In this document: one piece after another, positions 59,680-64,000 of the stretch | How the letters are laid out: each line of letters opens with the position of its first letter | Numbering within the stretch: position 1 is the first letter of the stretch | Assembly (NCBI GenBank): GCA_049903315.1 | Contig: JBNGBT010000004.1 | Location: forward strand, 160,001 to 224,000 | Source: Candidatus Cloacimonadota bacterium | Lineage (GTDB): Bacteria; Cloacimonadota; Cloacimonadia; JGIOTU-2 | Reading direction: 5' to 3' | Length of the DNA: 64,000 nt | Notes under the pieces: generated by a model | What the model was told of the DNA's origin: nothing | Seen by the model: the letters and a program-made list of their open reading frames with translations, nothing else | Database searches by the model: none | Made by a program: the position numbers and the translations under genes

Positions 59680-59774
59680 ACATCTTTTTCTATTTCAATT
59701 ACTTACATTTTAAACTTATTTAAGTAAAGAATTTTATTGTTGTTCTTGGATAAATGGGTGTCATAATTAATTCT

Positions 59775-60248
59775 TCATTTTTTTATCTGAAACCATTCTG
59801 ATTCAATTTTACCTTGTGGATAAAAACCTTTGTAAGGCGACCCAGGCATATTTATAAATGGCGAGTGCATATATATAATGTCTCCAATTAATTTAAAGCT
59901 ATATTTGCCTTTGATTGGGGCAATTACTTTATATTTGTCAGGATAATTGAAAATTGTGAAACCCTGTTTAGTCGGTAATAAACGTTTTTTTTTGAGCTTA
60001 TTATTTTCATTTTTATAAAGAATAAAAAGATTTGACGAATAATAAAAATCAGGATTATCAATTCCTTTAATATCTACAGAAAAAGTTAGAGTATCTAATT
60101 TTGTGGAAATGTCAGAAGTTATTAAAGAAATACTTCTATGTTTATAAAGATTCGAGATATAATTATAACTTACTTTAGTATTGAAGTTATATGCACATGA
60201 AGATAACAAAAATAAGAAACACGCTGATTTTAATAATTTTATTAGCAT
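59775..60248 (-). CDS. Cassette 1: hypothetical lipoprotein
   Basis: Lipobox LSSC after a short signal peptide; very AT-rich. Confidence 0.7.
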   Translation of the reverse strand: MLIKLLKSACFLFLLSSCAYNFNTKVSYNYISNLYKHRSISLITSDISTKLDTLTFSVDIKGIDNPDFYYSSNLFILYKNENNKLKKKRLLPTKQGFTIFNYPDKYKVIAPIKGKYSFKLIGDIIYMHSPFINMPGSPYKGFYPQGKIESEWFQIKK

Positions 60249-60299
60249 ATTATTAACCTAAAAATATTTTCCAATTCTCCATCCATTTCATTTAGATGT

Positions 60300-60400
60300 A
60301 GCTAATGTTTGTATACCCGACCAAAAGGTCGTGTATATTACGATTAAATTTCCTATAAGGTCGTATACAATACAATATATAAGTTATATACGAACTTGTT
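60300..60400 (-). other. attI-like recombination site
   Basis: Shares TAATGTTTG with the repeats, then diverges into palindrome TAAT-N5-TATACCCGACC-AAAA-GGTCGTGTATA-N5-ATTA, plus inverted pair AAGGTCGTATA / TATACGAACTT. Confidence 0.65.
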
Positions 60401-60412
60401 TTAATTATGAAA

Positions 60413-61477
60413 TTATGTTTCATCTAACTTCAAATTATCCAATGGACTTTTAATTTTGTTTCTTGCTGTATGTGTAACATGGGTATATATCTCTGTTGTT
60501 CTTGAGCTTTTGTGCCCTAAAAGTTCTTGAATATACCTCAAATCAGTCCCATGCTCCAATAAATGAGTAGCAAAACTATGCCGTAAAGTATGTATTGAAG
60601 CATGTTTCTTTACTCCAGATTTGTTTACAGCTGCTTTAAATAATTTTTGTATTACTCTCCTACTGAATTGTTCTCCGTATTTGCTTTCAAACAGCCATTT
60701 CTTTGGTTTATAAACCTTATAATATGTTCTTAGTAAATCTAATACGGTATCTGAAAGAATGCCGTATCTATCCTTGTTGCCTTTTGCGCTTCGAATAAAT
60801 ATCTGTTTTCGATCAGAATGAATGTCGGATATTCTCAAATGTACAACTTCTGTTAAACGTAATCCTGCAGAATAGATCAAATAGATAATACATTTATATT
60901 TCAGGTTCTTGACCTGTTTCAATATTTTTGTTACTTCTTCCTCGCTTAGAACTTCCGGTAGCTTTTTTTCTTTTCTTGGTCGAGGAACGTAATATTTTTC
61001 AACAGGTTTTCCCAGCACTTTTTCATAATAAAACTTTATACTGTTTATTGCTTGATTCTGTGCAGAAGTGGAATATTTCTTCTTATCTACCAGGTATAAC
61101 AAATATTTACGGATCTGTTCATGTGTGATATCTTTCAATTTAGTGTTTTGATAATATTTTAAAAACCGCTGAAAATGAAGACGATAAGTTTTAATGGTTG
61201 CGTCACTATAGTTTTTCAATTTCAAAGTTTCAATGTATTCAGAAGGGAAATCTAGTTTTGTATCAGTATCTTCTATGAATTCTAATTTACCTTTGAATTT
61301 CGTATGTAAAACACTAATGATATTTTTTTGATAGGGGATATGCCAGAACTTATTTGAAGCAGACCACTTTCTGCCTTCTATCTGTTTAATCTGTCTAATC
61401 GTATTTATGTCATAATCAAACAGTAGAGCAATACGTCTCTGCTTATCAATCAAATATTCCTTAGTCTTTATCTGCAT
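60413..61477 (-). CDS. Tyrosine recombinase, integron-integrase-related (N-terminal extension + SAM-like + catalytic domain), lacking the IntI insertion
   Basis: YSAGLR, AKGNKDR, HTLRHSFATHLLE, IQELLGH, TTEIYTHV, SPLD tail; catalytic R-K-H-R-H-Y all present. Confidence 0.93.
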   Translation of the reverse strand: MQIKTKEYLIDKQRRIALLFDYDINTIRQIKQIEGRKWSASNKFWHIPYQKNIISVLHTKFKGKLEFIEDTDTKLDFPSEYIETLKLKNYSDATIKTYRLHFQRFLKYYQNTKLKDITHEQIRKYLLYLVDKKKYSTSAQNQAINSIKFYYEKVLGKPVEKYYVPRPRKEKKLPEVLSEEEVTKILKQVKNLKYKCIIYLIYSAGLRLTEVVHLRISDIHSDRKQIFIRSAKGNKDRYGILSDTVLDLLRTYYKVYKPKKWLFESKYGEQFSRRVIQKLFKAAVNKSGVKKHASIHTLRHSFATHLLEHGTDLRYIQELLGHKSSRTTEIYTHVTHTARNKIKSPLDNLKLDET

Positions 61478-61542
61478 ACTATATCCTTCAGGTCATAATT
61501 TGGAGAATCATATTCCTCTTGTCAAAGTAAATATTTTTTTCA

Positions 61543-62184
61543 TTAAAATCCCATATTCTCCTTAATTAAAAATATCTTTATCCTGTCCGGAATATTCTGG
61601 CGCATATTAATGGTCAGGTGTTTGCAGATACGCTCCTCAGCATCGCAGTCTGTGCAATAGCCGTTTTCAGCGCATGGAGTATTTCGTTTCAGCCGCTTTG
61701 CATTAATGGGAGCAGCCACATCGAGTACCCGGTCAATCGCCTGCTGCCTGTCCATCACGATCTTGTTCATGCCGGCAAAGAGGAATATTTTTCTTGGTCC
61801 AAAAATAATAGCTGAAACCCGGTTGCCATACCCGTCGATATTCACGATCTCACCTTCTGTGGTAATTGCATTGCATCCGGCAAGGAAGAAGTCGGACATG
61901 AGTGTTTTTCTGCGAAGTTCAAAAATTTCATCTCTGCTAAGGTTGGGGAGATAGGGATTAATAATATTGTAGTTATTGTCTTTGAGATGATCGAACAGTC
62001 CGATCTCCCGCACGGTCATGGAGCCGCCTATGCCGATGGATGATTTCTTATCGAGTTCCTTCAATGCTTTTTCACGGGCATCGTCACTATTTTCACAGAG
62101 TTCTACAAGGAAGTTATGTTTTTCCAGCGCTTCTTTTGCCTTTTTCATCATTGTTTCGTTGTGCCAGTTCACGAATTCAGACAT
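61543..62184 (-). CDS. LUD-domain (lactate utilization-like) protein
   Basis: GIGGSMT, NAITTEGEIVNIDGYGNRV, GMNKIV, TPCAENGYCTDC; GGAGG before ATG 62184. Confidence 0.88.
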   Translation of the reverse strand: MSEFVNWHNETMMKKAKEALEKHNFLVELCENSDDAREKALKELDKKSSIGIGGSMTVREIGLFDHLKDNNYNIINPYLPNLSRDEIFELRRKTLMSDFFLAGCNAITTEGEIVNIDGYGNRVSAIIFGPRKIFLFAGMNKIVMDRQQAIDRVLDVAAPINAKRLKRNTPCAENGYCTDCDAEERICKHLTINMRQNIPDRIKIFLIKENMGF

Positions 62185-62592
62185 GGTACCTCCGTTTTTT
62201 GCAAAAATTGTTATATTCTGTTTTATGGGGTCAAGAGAAAAGATTTCACGCAAAGAACGTCCGTCTTCACCACCTGCCGGTGGCTACGACGTGGCACGCA
62301 AAGAAACGCAGAGGTCGCAAAGAAAAAGATTGCGCAGAGAACGCAGAGAAAAATATAATCAGTGTGTTTTTAAGATGAAGAGTGGATGATACAGAGCGGA
62401 GGATGGAGGAGGGAGTATCGATTGCAGATTTCAGATTGAAGATTTATGATTTAAGACCTTCGCAACGGTTTTTAACCTTGCGAACGGTCAAAAGGGAGAA
62501 AAGAGGACGGAAGAGGGAGGAGGGGAGTGATTTGAAACTTGAAATTTGAGATTTGAGGTTTCAGAAACTATCATTTTTTAATTATTAAACAT

Positions 62593-62683
62593 TGTCACTC
62601 TGAGCTTGCTTGCTGCGCTATAGCAAAGCGAAGGCGAGTCGAAGGGTTTTTGACACCCATGCTTCGAGAACCTCAGCATGACA
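62593..62683. repeat. REP-like palindrome with an internal insert
   Basis: TGTCACTCTGAGCTTG-[insert]-GTCGAAGGG...CTTCGAGAACCTCAGCATGACA. Confidence 0.6.
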
Positions 62684-62816
62684 TTAATTTGTTGAATCGA
62701 AAGCAAAAATGAGGACTTTAGGCTTTATATTAAATTCATTCCTAAATTATTTGACAGGATATTTAATCATTCACCTGTACTGTAATACAAATAATCAATG
62801 GTAATGAGGATAATTT

Positions 62817-64000
62817 ATGCCAGATATCAGACCCTTTAAAGGACTTCGGCCAGACCAAAAATATGCTGATAAAGTAGCAGCTCCACCTTACGATGTATTA
62901 AATTCCGAAGAAGCAAGAGAGCTCGCAAAAGATAATCCATACAGCTTCCTTCATGTGTCTAAACCTGAGATCGATCTGCCTGCTGATATTGATGTTCATG
63001 ATGAACAGGTGTATGAAAAAGGGGTAGAGAATTTCAAAAAAATGATCGCTGAAAACCTCCTTATTCAGGATGATGAGCCGTGTTTCTATATCTACCGCCA
63101 AATTATGGGAGATCATGAGCAGAGTGGTATTGTAGCAGCGGCTTCAGTCGAAGATTATGACAACGGCATCATAAAAATACATGAATACACACGCGAGGAT
63201 AAAGAGCAGGACAGAGCAAAACATGTGGATATGCTCAGCGCTAATACAGGTCCGGTTTTTCTCACGTATCATGCAAAAAAGAAAATAGACAAAATCGTGG
63301 AAGCGTGCCAAAAAGAGGAACCTCTGTATGATTTCACGAGCAGCGACGGCATTCGTCACACAGTGTGGAAAATCAGCGACCAAAATATCATACAAGAGAT
63401 CATCAAAGAATTTGCTGGGCTCGATTTTCTGTATGTGTCTGATGGACATCACCGCTCCGCAGCGGCATCTCGGGTACAGAAGATCAGAAAAGATAATAAT
63501 CCCGCTCATACAGGAGACGAAGAGTACAATTATTTCCTCACGGTTATCTTCCCTGACGATCAGATGTATATTATGGATTACAATCGAGTGGTCACAGACC
63601 TGAACGGACTTTCGGACGATGAATTTATTGAAAAAGTAACTGATAAGTTTTATCTTGATAAGCAAGCATCACAAAGTAAACCAGAGAAGAAACACTCGTT
63701 TGGAATGTACATCGATGGTAAGTGGTACAAAATCACGGCAAAGCCCGAAATTTTTGATGAGAATGATCCTGTCGATTCTCTCGACGTGAGTATCTTACAT
63801 AAAAATATTATGGAACCCATTCTTGGTATACTCAATCCAAGAAAGGATAAAAGAATAGATTTCGTGGGCGGCATTCGAGGACTTGGAGAGCTCGAAAAAC
63901 TTGTGGACAGCGGCAAATTCAAAGTTGCATTTGCACTTTTCCCGACCTCGATAGATGACCTTATGAATGTCGCAGACTCGAATAATGTCATGCCTCCGAA
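62817..64000 (+). CDS. DUF1015 family protein (runs off the window end; missing from the ORF track)
   Basis: ATG 62817 reads MPDIRPFKGLRP...AAPPYDVLNSEEAR...NPYSFLHV...DGHHRSAAA. Confidence 0.9.
   Translation, partial: MPDIRPFKGLRPDQKYADKVAAPPYDVLNSEEARELAKDNPYSFLHVSKPEIDLPADIDVHDEQVYEKGVENFKKMIAENLLIQDDEPCFYIYRQIMGDHEQSGIVAAASVEDYDNGIIKIHEYTREDKEQDRAKHVDMLSANTGPVFLTYHAKKKIDKIVEACQKEEPLYDFTSSDGIRHTVWKISDQNIIQEIIKEFAGLDFLYVSDGHHRSAAASRVQKIRKDNNPAHTGDEEYNYFLTVIFPDDQMYIMDYNRVVTDLNGLSDDEFIEKVTDKFYLDKQASQSKPEKKHSFGMYIDGKWYKITAKPEIFDENDPVDSLDVSILHKNIMEPILGILNPRKDKRIDFVGGIRGLGELEKLVDSGKFKVAFALFPTSIDDLMNVADSNNVMPP

Larger units (their letters stand above)
54914..61477 (-). mobile_element. Integron-like element: tyrosine recombinase + attI-like site + six gene cassettes with attC-like repeats
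   Basis: See component features; six unrelated AT-rich single genes alternate strictly with 124-126 bp structured repeats. Confidence 0.85.

Noticed and set aside
60413..61477. Housekeeping XerC/XerD or prophage integrase
   Set aside because: The N-terminal extension, the IYTHV...SPLD tail and the adjacent cassette array fit an integron-related recombinase; no phage genes are present.
62898..63991. Minus-strand ORFs at the window end
   Set aside because: Antisense shadows of the plus-strand DUF1015 gene starting at 62817. Most other short ORFs nested in called genes were dismissed on the same grounds.

Overview
Bacterial chromosomal window, probably from an anaerobic diderm (an FCB-group affiliation such as Cloacimonadota is only my guess). 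1-24.3 kb is a dense signalling island: sensor and hybrid histidine kinases, stand-alone receivers and CheR/CheB without a chemoreceptor. It includes a tandem run of three kinases with near-identical kinase cores, separated by a palindromic repeat family and decayed kinase tails. 24.4-53.4 kb holds housekeeping genes: HAD phosphatases, glycerate kinase, a 12-gene Mbx/MBS-type membrane oxidoreductase operon, ABC-F, rfbB, a TAXI receptor, a GGDEF protein, an envelope operon, nth and dnaX. The main finding is a non-canonical integron-like system at 54.36-61.48 kb. A tyrosine recombinase lacks the IntI-specific insertion but carries a HARP-like N-terminal extension. Downstream, on the same strand, lie a palindromic attI-like site and six AT-rich single-gene cassettes separated by six 124-126 bp attC-like repeats. 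Each cassette has its own 10-14 bp terminal inverted repeat, the apparent crossover core is ATT rather than GTT, and the last repeat is fused into the middle of a DUF4037 gene. The window ends with a LUD-domain gene, a repeat-rich intergenic region and a DUF1015 gene running off the end. No rRNA, tRNA or CRISPR array was recognised. All family calls are from motif recognition by eye; no searches were run.
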